64,000 bases of DNA from Eledone cirrhosa (Eukaryota), in contig OZ024741.1 in NCBI GenBank assembly GCA_964016885.1, forward strand, positions 401,140,001 through 401,204,000, written 5' to 3'. Positions 42,668 to 55,931 of the stretch are shown here, in pieces. The notes under the pieces were generated by a model. The model saw nothing but the letters and a program-made list of their open reading frames with translations, made no database searches and was not told the DNA's origin. Position 1 is the first letter of the stretch. Each line of letters starts with the position of its first letter. The translations under genes and the position numbers were made by a program.

Positions 42668-45600
42668 AATATGACTCTCCCCAAACAGTGAGTGTGTTTT
42701 ACTATTTTTGGCAATATTATAACAATAAGACCCTCCCCAAACAGTGAGTGTGTTTTACTATTTTTGGCAATATTATAACAATATAACACTCCCCAAACAG
42801 TGAGTGTGTTTTACTATTTTTGGCAATATTATAACAATATGACTCTCCTTAAACAGTGAGTGTGTTTTACTATTTTTGGCAATATTATGACAATATGGCC
42901 CTACACAAATAATGAGTGTGTTTGACTATTTTTGGCAATATTATAACAATATGTCCCTCCCCAAACAGTGTGTGTGTTTTACTTGTTTTCGCAATATTAT
43001 AATAATATGACTCTCCCCAAACAGTGAGTGTGTTTTACTATTTTTGGCAATATTATAACAATATGACCCTCCCCAAACAGTGAGTGTGTTTTACTATTTT
43101 GGGAAATATTATAACCATATGACCCTCCCCAAACAGTGAGTGTTTTTTACTATTTTTCGTAATATTATAATAATATGGCTCTCCCCAAACAGTGAGTGTG
43201 TTTTAGTATTTTTGGCAATATTATAACAACATGATCCTCCCCAAACAGGGAGTGTGTTTTACTATTTTTAGTAATATTATAATAAAAAGGAACTTACACA
43301 AACAGTGAGTGTGTTTTACTATTTTTGGCAATATTATAACCATATGACCCTCCCCAAACAGAGAGTGTGTTTTAATATTTTTGGCAATGTTATAACAATA
43401 TGTCCCTACATAAACAGTGAGTGTGTTTTAGTATATTTGGCAATATTATAACCATATGACCCTCCCCAAACAGTGAGTGTGTTTTAGTATTTTTGGCAAT
43501 ATTATAACAATATGACCCTCCCCAAACAGTGAGTGTGTTTTACTATTTTTGGCAATATTATAACAATACGAGCCTACCCAAACAGTGAGTGTGTTTTACT
43601 ATTTTTGGTAATATTATAACAATATGACCCTACCCAAACAGTGAGTGTGTTTTACTGTTTTTGGCAATATTATAACAATATGGCCCTACACAAACAGTGA
43701 GTGTGTTTTACTATTTACGGCAATATTATAACAATATGACCCTCCCCAAACAGTCAGTGTGTTTTACTATTTTTGGCAATATTAGGGCAACATGACCCTC
43801 CCCAAACAGTGAGTGTGTTTTACTATTTTTGGTTATATTATAACGATATGACTCTCCCCAAACAGTGAGTGTGTTTTACTATTTTTGGCAATATTATAAC
43901 AATATGACCCACCCAAACAGTGAGTGTGTTTTACTATTTTTGGCAATATTATAACAATATGACTCTCCTTAAACAGTGAGTGTGTTTTACTATTTTAGGC
44001 AATATTATGACAATATGACCCTACACAAACAGTGAGTGTGTTTTACTGTTTTTGGCAATATTATAACCATATGACCCTCCCCAAACAGTGAGTTTGTTTT
44101 ACTATTTTTGGCAATATTATAACAATATGACCCTCCCCAAACAGTGAGTGTGTTTTACTATTTTTGGCAATATTATAACAATATGAGCCTACCCAAACAG
44201 TGAGTGTGTTTTGCTATTTTTGGCAATATTATAACAATATGACCCTCCCCAGACAGTGAGTGTGTTTTAGTATTTTTGGCAATATTATAACAATATAACC
44301 CTCCCCAAACAGTGAGTGTGTTTTGCTATTTTTGGCAATATTATAACAATATGACCCTCCCCAAACGGTGAGCGTGTTTTACTATTATTGGCAATATTAT
44401 GACAATATGACCCTACACAAACAGTGAGTGTTTTTTACTATTTTTGGCAATATTATAACAATATGACTCTCCGCAACTAGTGAGTGTGTTTTACTATTCT
44501 TGGCAATATTATAACAATATGAGCCTACCCAAACAGTGAGTGTGTTTTACTATTTTTGGTAACATTAAAACAATATGACCCTACCCAAACAGTGAGTGTG
44601 TTTTACTGTTTTTGGCAATATTATAACAATATGGCCCTACACAAACAGTGAGTGTGTTTTACTATTTGTGGCAATATTATAACAATATGACCCTCCCCAA
44701 ACAGTCAGTGTGTTTTACTATTTTTGGCAATATTAGGGCAACATGACCCTCCCCAAACAGGGAGTGTGTTTTACTATTTTTGGTTATATTATAACAATAT
44801 GACTCTCCCCAAACAGTGAGTGTGTTTTACTATTTTTGGCAATATTATAACAATATGACCCTCCCCAAACAGTGAGTGTGTTTTACTATTTTTGGCAATA
44901 TTATAACAATATAACCCTCCCCAAACAGTGAGTGTGTTTTACTATTTTTGGCAATATTATAACAATATGACTCTCCTTAAACAGTGAGTGTGTTTTACTA
45001 TTTTTGGCAATATTATGACAATATGACCCTACACAAACAGTGAGTGTGTTTTACTATTTTTGGCAATATTATAAAAATATGACCCTCCCCAAACAGTGAG
45101 TGTGTTTTACTATTTTTGGAAATATTATAACCATAGGACCCTCCCCAAACAGTGAGTGTGTTTTACTATTTTTAGTAATATTATAATAAAATGACCTTAC
45201 ACAAACAGTGAGTGTGATTTACTATTTTTGGCAATATTATAAACATATGACCCTCCCCAAACAGAGAGTGTGTTTTAATATTTTTGGCAATATTATAACA
45301 ATATGTCCCTACACAAACAGTGAGTGTGTTTTACTAGTTTTGGCAATATTATAACCATATGACCCTCCCCAAACAGTGAGTTTGTTTTACTATTTTTGGC
45401 AATATTATAACAATATGACCCTCCCCAAACAGTGAGTGTGTTTTACTATTTTTGGCAATATTATAACAATATGAGCCTACCCAAACAGTCAGTGTGTTTT
45501 ACTATTTTTGGTAATATTATAACAATATGTCCCTACACAAACAGTGAGTGTGTTTTACTATTTGTGGCAATATTATAACAATATGACCCTCCCCAAACAG

Positions 45601-46082
45601 TCAGTGTGTTTTACTATTTTTGGCAATATTATAACAATATGACCCTCCCCAGACAGTGAGTGTGTTTTAGTATTTTTGGCAATATTATAACAATATAACC
45701 CTCCCCAAACAGTGAGTGTGTTTTGCTATTTTTGGCAATATTATAACAATATGACCCTCCCCAAACGTTGAGCGTGTTTTACTATTATTGGCAATATTAT
45801 GACAATATGACTCTCCGCAACTAGTGAGTGTGTTTTACTATTCTTGGCAATATTAGGGCAACATGACCCTCCCCAAACAGTGAATGTGTTTTACTATTTT
45901 TGGCAATATTATAACAATATGACCCTCCACAAACAGTGAGTGTGTTTTAGTATTTTTGAAATATTATAATAATATGAAGCTACCCAAACAGTGAGTGTGT
46001 TTTACTATTTTTGGCAATATTATAACATTATGACTCTCCCCAAACAGTGAGTGTGTTTTACTATTTTTGGTTATATTATAAC

Positions 46083-46418
46083 AATATGACTCTCCCCATA
46101 CAGTGAGTGTGTTTTACTATTTTTGTTTATATTATAACAATATGACTCTACCTAAACAGTGAGTGTGTTTTACTATTTTTGGTTATATTATAACAATATG
46201 ACTCTCCCCATACAGTGAGTGTGTTTTACTATTTTTGTTTATATTATAACAATATGACTCTACCTAAACAGTGAGTGTGTTTTACTATTTTTGGTTATAT
46301 TATAACAATATGACTCTCTCCATACAGTGAGTGTGTTTTACTATTTTTGTTTATATTATAACAGTATGACTCTACCTAAACAGTGAGTGTGTTTTACTAT
46401 TTTTGGTTATATTATAAC
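46083..46418 (+). repeat. Second copy of the 3 x 112-bp dimer block
   Basis: Same CCATAC/TACCTAAAC alternation as 42332-42667. Confidence 0.9.
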
Positions 46419-49400
46419 AATATGACCCTCCCCAAACAGTGAGTGTGTTTTACTATTTTTGGCAATATTATAACAATATGACCCTCCCCAAACAGTGAGT
46501 GTGTTTTACTATTTTTGGCAATATTATAACAATATGACTCTCCCCATACAGTGAGTGTGTCTTACTATTTTTGGCAATATTATGACAATATAGCCCTACA
46601 CAAATAGTGAGTGTGTTTGACTATTTTTGGCAATATTATAACAATATGTCCCTCCCCAAACAGTGTGTGTGTTTTACTTGTTTTCGCAATATTATAATAA
46701 TATGACTCTCCCCAAACAGTGAGTGTGTTTTACTATTTTTGGCAATATTATAACAATATGACCCGCCCCAAACAGTGAGTGTGTTTTACTATTTTGGGAA
46801 ATATTATAACCATATGACCCTCCCCAAACAGTGAGTGTTTTTTATTATTTTTCGCAATATTATAACAATATGACTCTCCCCAAACAGTGAGTGTGTTTTA
46901 CTATTTTTGGCAATATTATAACAACATGATCCTCCCCAAACAGGGAGTGTGTTTTACTATTTTTAGTAATATTATAATAAAATGAACTTACACAAACAGT
47001 AAGTGTGATTTACTATTTTTGGCAATATTATAACCATATGACCCGCCCCAAACAGAGAGTGTGTTTTAATATTTTTGGCAATGTTATAACAATATGTCCC
47101 TACATAAACAGTGAGTGTGTTTTACTATTTTTGGCAATATTATAACAATATGACCCTCCCCAAACAGTGAGTGTGTTTTACTATTTTTAGCAATATTATA
47201 ACCATATGACCCTCCCCAAACAGTGAGTGTGTTTTACTATTTTTGGCAATATTATAACAATATGAGCCTACCCAAACAGTGAGTGTGTTTTACTATTTTT
47301 GGTTATATTATAACAATATGGACTCTCCCCAAACAGTGAGTGTGTTTTACTATTTTTGGCAATATTATAACAATAAGACCCTCCCCAAACAGTGAGTGTG
47401 TTTTACTATTTTTGGCAATATTATAACAATATAACACTCCCCAAACAGTGAGTGTGTTTTACTATTTTTGGCAATATTATAACAATATGACTCTCCTTAA
47501 ACAGTGAGTGTGTTTTACTATTTTTGGCAATATTATGACAATATGGCCCTACACAAATAATGAGTGTGTTTGACTATTTTTGGCAATATTATAACAATAT
47601 GTCCCTCCCCAAACAGTGTGTGTGTTTTACTTGTTTTCGCAATATTATAATAATATGACTCTCCCCAAACAGTGAGTGTGTTTTACTATTTTTGGCAATA
47701 TTATAACAATATGACCCTCCCCAAACAGTGAGTGTGTTTTACTATTTTGGGAAATATTATAACCATATGACCCTCCCCAAACAGTGAGTGTTTTTTACTA
47801 TTTTTCGTAATATTATAATAATATGGCTCTCCCCAAACAGTGAGTGTGTTTTAGTATTTTTGGCAATATTATAACAACATGATCCTCCCCAAACAGGGAG
47901 TGTGTTTTACTATTTTTAGTAATATTATAATAAAAAGGAACTTACACAAACAGTGAGTGTGTTTTACTATTTTTGGCAATATTATAACCATATGACCCTC
48001 CCCAAACAGAGAGTGTGTTTTAATATTTTTGGCAATGTTATAACAATATGTCCCTACATAAACAGTGAGTGTGTTTTAGTATATTTGGCAATATTATAAC
48101 CATATGACCCTCCCCAAACAGTGAGTGTGTTTTAGTATTTTTGGCAATATTATAACAATATGACCCTCCCCAAACAGTGAGTGTGTTTTACTATTTTTGG
48201 CAATATTATAACAATACGAGCCTACCCAAACAGTGAGTGTGTTTTACTATTTTTGGTAATATTATAACAATATGACCCTACCCAAACAGTGAGTGTGTTT
48301 TACTGTTTTTGGCAATATTATAACAATATGGCCCTACACAAACAGTGAGTGTGTTTTACTATTTACGGCAATATTATAACAATATGACCCTCCCCAAACA
48401 GTCAGTGTGTTTTACTATTTTTGGCAATATTAGGGCAACATGACCCTCCCCAAACAGTGAGTGTGTTTTACTATTTTTGGTTATATTATAACGATATGAC
48501 TCTCCCCAAACAGTGAGTGTGTTTTACTATTTTTGGCAATATTATAACAATATGACCCACCCAAACAGTGAGTGTGTTTTACTATTTTTGGCAATATTAT
48601 AACAATATGACTCTCCTTAAACAGTGAGTGTGTTTTACTATTTTAGGCAATATTATGACAATATGACCCTACACAAACAGTGAGTGTGTTTTACTGTTTT
48701 TGGCAATATTATAACCATATGACCCTCCCCAAACAGTGAGTTTGTTTTACTATTTTTGGCAATATTATAACAATATGACCCTCCCCAAACAGTGAGTGTG
48801 TTTTACTATTTTTGGCAATATTATAACAATATGAGCCTACCCAAACAGTGAGTGTGTTTTGCTATTTTTGGCAATATTATAACAATATGACCCTCCCCAG
48901 ACAGTGAGTGTGTTTTAGTATTTTTGGCAATATTATAACAATATAACCCTCCCCAAACAGTGAGTGTGTTTTGCTATTTTTGGCAATATTATAACAATAT
49001 GACCCTCCCCAAACGGTGAGCGTGTTTTACTATTATTGGCAATATTATGACAATATGACCCTACACAAACAGTGAGTGTTTTTTACTATTTTTGGCAATA
49101 TTATAACAATATGACTCTCCGCAACTAGTGAGTGTGTTTTACTATTCTTGGCAATATTATAACAATATGAGCCTACCCAAACAGTGAGTGTGTTTTACTA
49201 TTTTTGGTAACATTATAACAATATGACCCTACCCAAACAGTGAGTGTGTTTTACTGTTTTTGGCAATATTATAACAATATGGCCCTACACAAACAGTGAG
49301 TGTGTTTTACTATTTGTGGCAATATTATAACAATATGACCCTCCCCAAACAGTCAGTGTGTTTTACTATTTTTGGCAATATTAGGGCAACATGACCCTCC

Positions 49401-50730
49401 CCAAACAGGGAGTGTGTTTTACTATTTTTGGTTATATTATAACAATATGACTCTCCCCAAACAGTGAGTGTGTTTTACTATTTTTGGCAATATTATAACA
49501 ATATGACCCTCCCCAAACAGTGAGTGTGTTTTACTATTTTTGGCAATATTATAACAATATAACCCTCCCCAAACAGTGAGTGTGTTTTACTATTTTTGGC
49601 AATATTATAACAATATGACTCTCCTTAAACAGTGAGTGTGTTTTACTATTTTTGGCAATATTATGACAATATGACCCTACACAAACAGTGAGTGTGTTTT
49701 ACTATTTTTGGCAATATTATAAAAATATGACCCTCCCCAAACAGTGAGTGTGTTTTACTATTTTTGGAAATATTATAACCATAGGACCCTCCCCAAACAG
49801 TGAGTGTGTTTTACTATTTTTAGTAATATTATAATAAAATGACCTTACACAAACAGTGAGTGTGATTTACTATTTTTGGCAATATTATAAACATATGACC
49901 CTCCCCAAACAGAGAGTGTGTTTTAATATTTTTGGCAATATTATAACAATATGTCCCTACACAAACAGTGAGTGTGTTTTACTAGTTTTGGCAATATTAT
50001 AACCATATGACCCTCCCCAAACAGTGAGTTTGTTTTACTATTTTTGGCAATATTATAACAATATGACCCTCCCCAAACAGTGAGTGTGTTTTACTATTTT
50101 TGGCAATATTATAACAATATGAGCCTACCCAAACAGTCAGTGTGTTTTACTATTTTTGGTAATATTATAACAATATGTCCCTACACAAACAGTGAGTGTG
50201 TTTTACTATTTGTGGCAATATTATAACAATATGACCCTCCCCAAACAGTCAGTGTGTTTTACTATTTTTGGCAATATTATAACAATATGACCCTCCCCAG
50301 ACAGTGAGTGTGTTTTAGTATTTTTGGCAATATTATAACAATATAACCCTCCCCAAACAGTGAGTGTGTTTTGCTATTTTTGGCAATATTATAACAATAT
50401 GACCCTCCCCAAACGTTGAGCGTGTTTTACTATTATTGGCAATATTATGACAATATGACTCTCCGCAACTAGTGAGTGTGTTTTACTATTCTTGGCAATA
50501 TTAGGGCAACATGACCCTCCCCAAACAGTGAATGTGTTTTACTATTTTTGGCAATATTATAACAATATGACCCTCCACAAACAGTGAGTGTGTTTTAGTA
50601 TTTTTGAAATATTATAATAATATGAAGCTACCCAAACAGTGAGTGTGTTTTACTATTTTTGGCAATATTATAACATTATGACTCTCCCCAAACAGTGAGT
50701 GTGTTTTACTATTTTTGGTTATATTATAAC

Positions 50731-51066
50731 AATATGACTCTCCCCATACAGTGAGTGTGTTTTACTATTTTTGTTTATATTATAACAATATGACTCTACC
50801 TAAACAGTGAGTGTGTTTTACTATTTTTGGTTATATTATAACAATATGACTCTCCCCATACAGTGAGTGTGTTTTACTATTTTTGTTTATATTATAACAA
50901 TATGACTCTACCTAAACAGTGAGTGTGTTTTACTATTTTTGGTTATATTATAACAATATGACTCTCTCCATACAGTGAGTGTGTTTTACTATTTTTGTTT
51001 ATATTATAACAGTATGACTCTACCTAAACAGTGAGTGTGTTTTACTATTTTTGGTTATATTATAAC
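50731..51066 (+). repeat. Third copy of the 3 x 112-bp dimer block
   Basis: Same alternation; offset 4648 from 46083. Confidence 0.9.
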
Positions 51067-53185
51067 AATATGACTCTCCCCAAACAGTGAGTGTGTTTTA
51101 CTATTTTTGGCAATATTATAACAATATGACCCTCCCCAAACAGTGAGTGTGTTTTACTATTTTTGGCAATATTATAACAATATGACTCTCCCCAAACAGT
51201 GAGTGTGTTTTACTATTTTTGGCAATATTATAACAATATGACTCTCCCCATACAGTGAGTGTGTCTTACTATTTTTGGCAATATTATGACAATATAGCCC
51301 TACACAAATAGTGAGTGTGTTTGACTATTTTTGGCAATATTATAACAATATGTCCCTCCCCAAACAGTGTGTGTGTTTTACTTGTTTTCGCAATATTATA
51401 ATAATATGACTCTCCCCAAACAGTGAGTGTGTTTTACTATTTTTGGCAATATTATAACAATATGACCCGCCCCAAACAGTGAGTGTGTTTTACTATTTTG
51501 GGAAATATTATAACCATATGACCCTCCCCAAACAGTGAGTGTTTTTTATTATTTTTCGCAATATTATAACAATATGACTCTCCCCAAACAGTGAGTGTGT
51601 TTTACTATTTTTGGCAATATTATAACAACATGATCCTCCCCAAACAGGGAGTGTGTTTTACTATTTTTAGTAATATTATAATAAAATGAACTTACACAAA
51701 CAGTAAGTGTGATTTACTATTTTTGGCAATATTATAACCATATGACCCGCCCCAAACAGAGAGTGTGTTTTAATATTTTTGGCAATGTTATAACAATATG
51801 TCCCTACATAAACAGTGAGTGTGTTTTACTATTTTTGGCAATATTATAACAATATGACCCTCCCCAAACAGTGAGTGTGTTTTACTATTTTTAGCAATAT
51901 TATAACCATATGACCCTCCCCAAACAGTGAGTGTGTTTTACTATTTTTGGCAATATTATAACAATATGAGCCTACCCAAACAGTGAGTGTGTTTTACTAT
52001 TTTTGGTAATATTATAACAATATGACCCTACCCAAACAGTGAGTGTGTTTTTACTATTTTTGGCAATATTATAACAATATGTCCCTACACAAACAGTGAG
52101 TGTGTTTTACTATTTGTGGCAATATTATAACAATATGACCCTCCCCAAACAGTCAGTGTGTTTTACTATTTTTGGCAATATTAGGGCAACATGACCCTCC
52201 CCAAACAGTGAGTGTGCTTTATTATTTTTGGCAATATTCGGACATGACCCTCCGCAAACAGTGTGTTCTACTATTTTCGGCAATATTATAACAATATGAC
52301 CCTCCCCAGACAGTGAGCGTGTTTTAGTATTTTTGGCAATATTATAACAATATGACCCTCCCCACACAGTGAGTGTGTTTTACTATTTTTGGCAATATTA
52401 TAACAATATGACCCTCCCCAACCTGTGAGTGTGTTTAACTATTTTTTGCAATATTATAACAACATGACCCTCCCCAAACAGTGAGTGTGTTTTACTATTT
52501 TCGCAATATTATAACAATATGACTCTCCCCAAAAAGTGTGTGTGTTTTACTATTTTTGGCAATATTAGGGCAACATGACACTCCCCAAACAGTGAGTGTG
52601 TTTTACTATTTTTTCCAATATTAGGCATGACCTTCCGCAAACAGTGAGTGTGTTCTACTATTTTTGGCAATATTATAACAATATGCCCCTCGCCAAACAC
52701 TGAGTGTGTTTTACTATTTTTGGTAATATTATAACAATATGACCCTCCCCAAACAAACAGTGTGTTTTACTATTTTTGGCAATATTATAACAATATATCC
52801 CTACATAAACAGTGAGTGTGATTTACTATTTTTGGCAATATTATAACAATATGACCCTCCCCAAACAGTGAGTGTGTTTTACTATTTTTCGCAATATTAT
52901 AACAATATGACCCTCCCCAGACAGTGAGTGTTTTACTATTTTTGGTAATATTATAACAATATGACTCTCCCCAAACAGTGAGTGAGTTTTACTATTTTTC
53001 GCAATATTATAACAATATGACCCTCCCCAAACAGTGAGTGTGTTTTTCCTATTTTTGGCAATATTAGGACTGACCCTCCAAAATCAGTGAGTGTGTTTTA
53101 TTATTTTTGGCAATATTATAACAATATGACACTCCCTAAACTGTGAGTGTGTTTTACTAATTCTGGCAATATTATAACAATATGA

Positions 53186-53199
53186 CCCCCCCCCCCCCC
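53186..53199 (+). repeat. Poly-C tract (C14)
   Basis: TATGA-C14-AAACAG. Confidence 0.9.
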
Positions 53200-55917
53200 A
53201 AACAGTGAGTGTGTTTAACTATTTTTGGAAATATTATAACAATATGACCCTCCCCAAACAGTGAGTGTGTTTTACTATTTTTGGCAATATTATAACAATA
53301 TATCCCTACATAAACATTGAGTGTGTTTTACTATTTTTTACAATATTATAACAATATGACCCTCCCCAAACAGTGAGTGTGTTTTACTATTTTTGGCAAT
53401 ATTATAACAATATATCCCTACATAAACATTGAGTGTGTTTTACTATTTTTTACAATATTATAACAATATGACCCTTCCCAAACAGTGAGTGTTTTACTAT
53501 TTTTGGAAATATTATAAAAATATGACCCTCCCCAAACAGTGAGTGTGTTTTACTATTTTTCGCAATATGATAACAATATGACTCTCCCCAAACAGTGAGT
53601 GTGTTTTACTATTTTTGGAAATATTATAACAATATATCCCTACATAAACATTGAGTGTGTTTTACTATTTTTTACAATATTATAACAATATGACCCTCCC
53701 CAAACTGTGAGAGTGTTTTACTATTTTTGTTTATATTATAACAGTATGACTCTACCTAAACAGTGAGTGTGTTTTACTATTTTTGGTTATATTATAACAA
53801 TATGACTCTCCCCAAACAGTGAGTGTGTTTTACTATTTTTGGCAATATTATAACAATATGACCCTCCCCAAACAGTGAGTGTGTTTTACTATTTTTGGCA
53901 ATATTATAACAATATGACCCTCCCCAAACAGTGAGTGTGTTTTACTATTTTTGGCAATATTATAACAATATGACTCTCCCCATACAGTGAGTGTGTCTTA
54001 CTATTTTTGGCAATATTATGACAATATAGCCCTACACAAATAGTGAGTGTGTTTGACTATTTTTGGCAATAATATAACAATATGTCCCTCCCCAAACAGT
54101 GTGTGTGTTTTACTTGTTTTCGCAATATTATAATAATATGACTCTCCCCAAACAGTGAGTGTGTTTTACTATTTTTGGCAATATTATAACAATATGACCC
54201 TCCCCAAACAGTGAGTGTGTTTTACTATTTTGGGAAATATTATAACCATATGACCCTCCCCAAACAGTGAGTGTTTTTTATTATTTTTCGCAATATTATA
54301 ACAATATGACTCTCCCCAAACAGTGAGTGTGTTTTACTATTTTTGGCAATATTATAACAACATGATCCTCCCCAAACAGGGAGTGTGTTTTACTATTTTT
54401 AGTAATATTATAATAAAATGAACTTACACAAACAGTAAGTGTGATTTACTATTTTTGGCAATATTATAACCATATGACCCGCCCCAAACAGAGAGTGTGT
54501 TTTAATATTTTTGGCAATGTTATAACAATATGTCCCTACATAAACAGTGAGTGTGTTTTACTATTTTTGGCAATATTATAACAATATGACCCTCCCCAAA
54601 CAGTGAGTGTGTTTTACTATTTTTAGCAATATTATAACCATATGACCCTCCCCAAACAGTGAGTGTGTTTTACTATTTTTGGCAATATTATAACAATATG
54701 AGCCTACCCAAACAGTGAGTGTGTTTTACTATTTTTGGTAATATTATAACAATATGACCCTACCCAAACAGTGAGTGTGTTTTTACTATTTTTGGCAATA
54801 TTATAACAATATGTCCCTACACAAACAGTGAGTGTGTTTTACTATTTGTGGCAATATTATAACAATATGACCCTCCCCAAACAGTCAGTGTGTTTTACTA
54901 TTTTTGGCAATATTAGGGCAACATGACCCTCCCCAAACAGTGAGTGTGCTTTATTATTTTTGGCAATATTCGGACATGACCCTCCGCAAACAGTGTGTTC
55001 TACTATTTTCGGCAATATTATAACAATATGACCCTCCCCAGACAGTGAGCGTGTTTTAGTATTTTTGGCAATATTATAACAATATGACCCTCCCCACACA
55101 GTGAGTGTGTTTTACTATTTTTGGCAATATTATAACAATATGACCCTCCCCAAACTGTGAGTGTGTTTAACTATTTTTTGCAATATTATAACAACATGAC
55201 CCTCCCCAAACAGTGAGTGTGTTTTACTATTTTCGCAATATTATAACAATATGACTCTCCCCAAAAAGTGTGTGTGTTTTACTATTTTTGGCAATATTAG
55301 GGCAACATGACACTCCCCAAACAGTGAGTGTGTTTTACTATTTTTTCCAATATTAGGCATGACCTTCCGCAAACAGTGAGTGTGTTCTACTATTTTTGGC
55401 AATATTATAACAATATGCCCCTCGCCAAACACTGAGTGTGTTTTACTATTTTTGGTAATAATATAACAATATGACCCTCCCCAAACAAACAGTGTGTTTT
55501 ACTATTTTTGGCAATATTATAACAATATATCCCTACATAAACAGTGAGTGTGATTTACTATTTTTGGCAATATTATAACAATATGACCCTCCCCAAACAG
55601 TGAGTGTGTTTTACTATTTTTCGCAATATTATAGCAATATGACCCTCCCCAGACAGTGAGTGTTTTACTATTTTTGGTAATATTATAACAATATGACTCT
55701 CCCCAAACAGTGAGTGAGTTTTACTATTTTTCGCAATATTATAACAATATGACCCTCCCCAAACAGTGAGTGTGTTTTTCCTATTTTTGGCAATATTAGG
55801 ACTGACCCTCCACAATCAGTGAGTGTGTTTTATTATTTTTGGCAATATTATAACAATATGACACTCCCTAAACTGTGAGTGTGTTTTACTAATTCTGGCA
55901 ATATTATAACAATATGA

Positions 55918-55931
55918 CCCCCCCCCCCCCC
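55918..55931 (+). repeat. Poly-C tract (C14)
   Basis: Duplicate of the tract at 53186 (offset 2732). Confidence 0.9.

Larger units (their letters stand above)
42631..52007 (+). repeat. Recent near-identical tandem duplication of 83-84 monomers (about 42631-47300 and about 47280-52007)
   Basis: Offset 4648 (83x56): CTACACAAATAATG 42901/47549, CTATTTACGG 43711/48359, CCAAACGTTG 45761/50409. Offset 4704 after one extra monomer: TAGCCCTACA 46591/51295. Confidence 0.92.
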
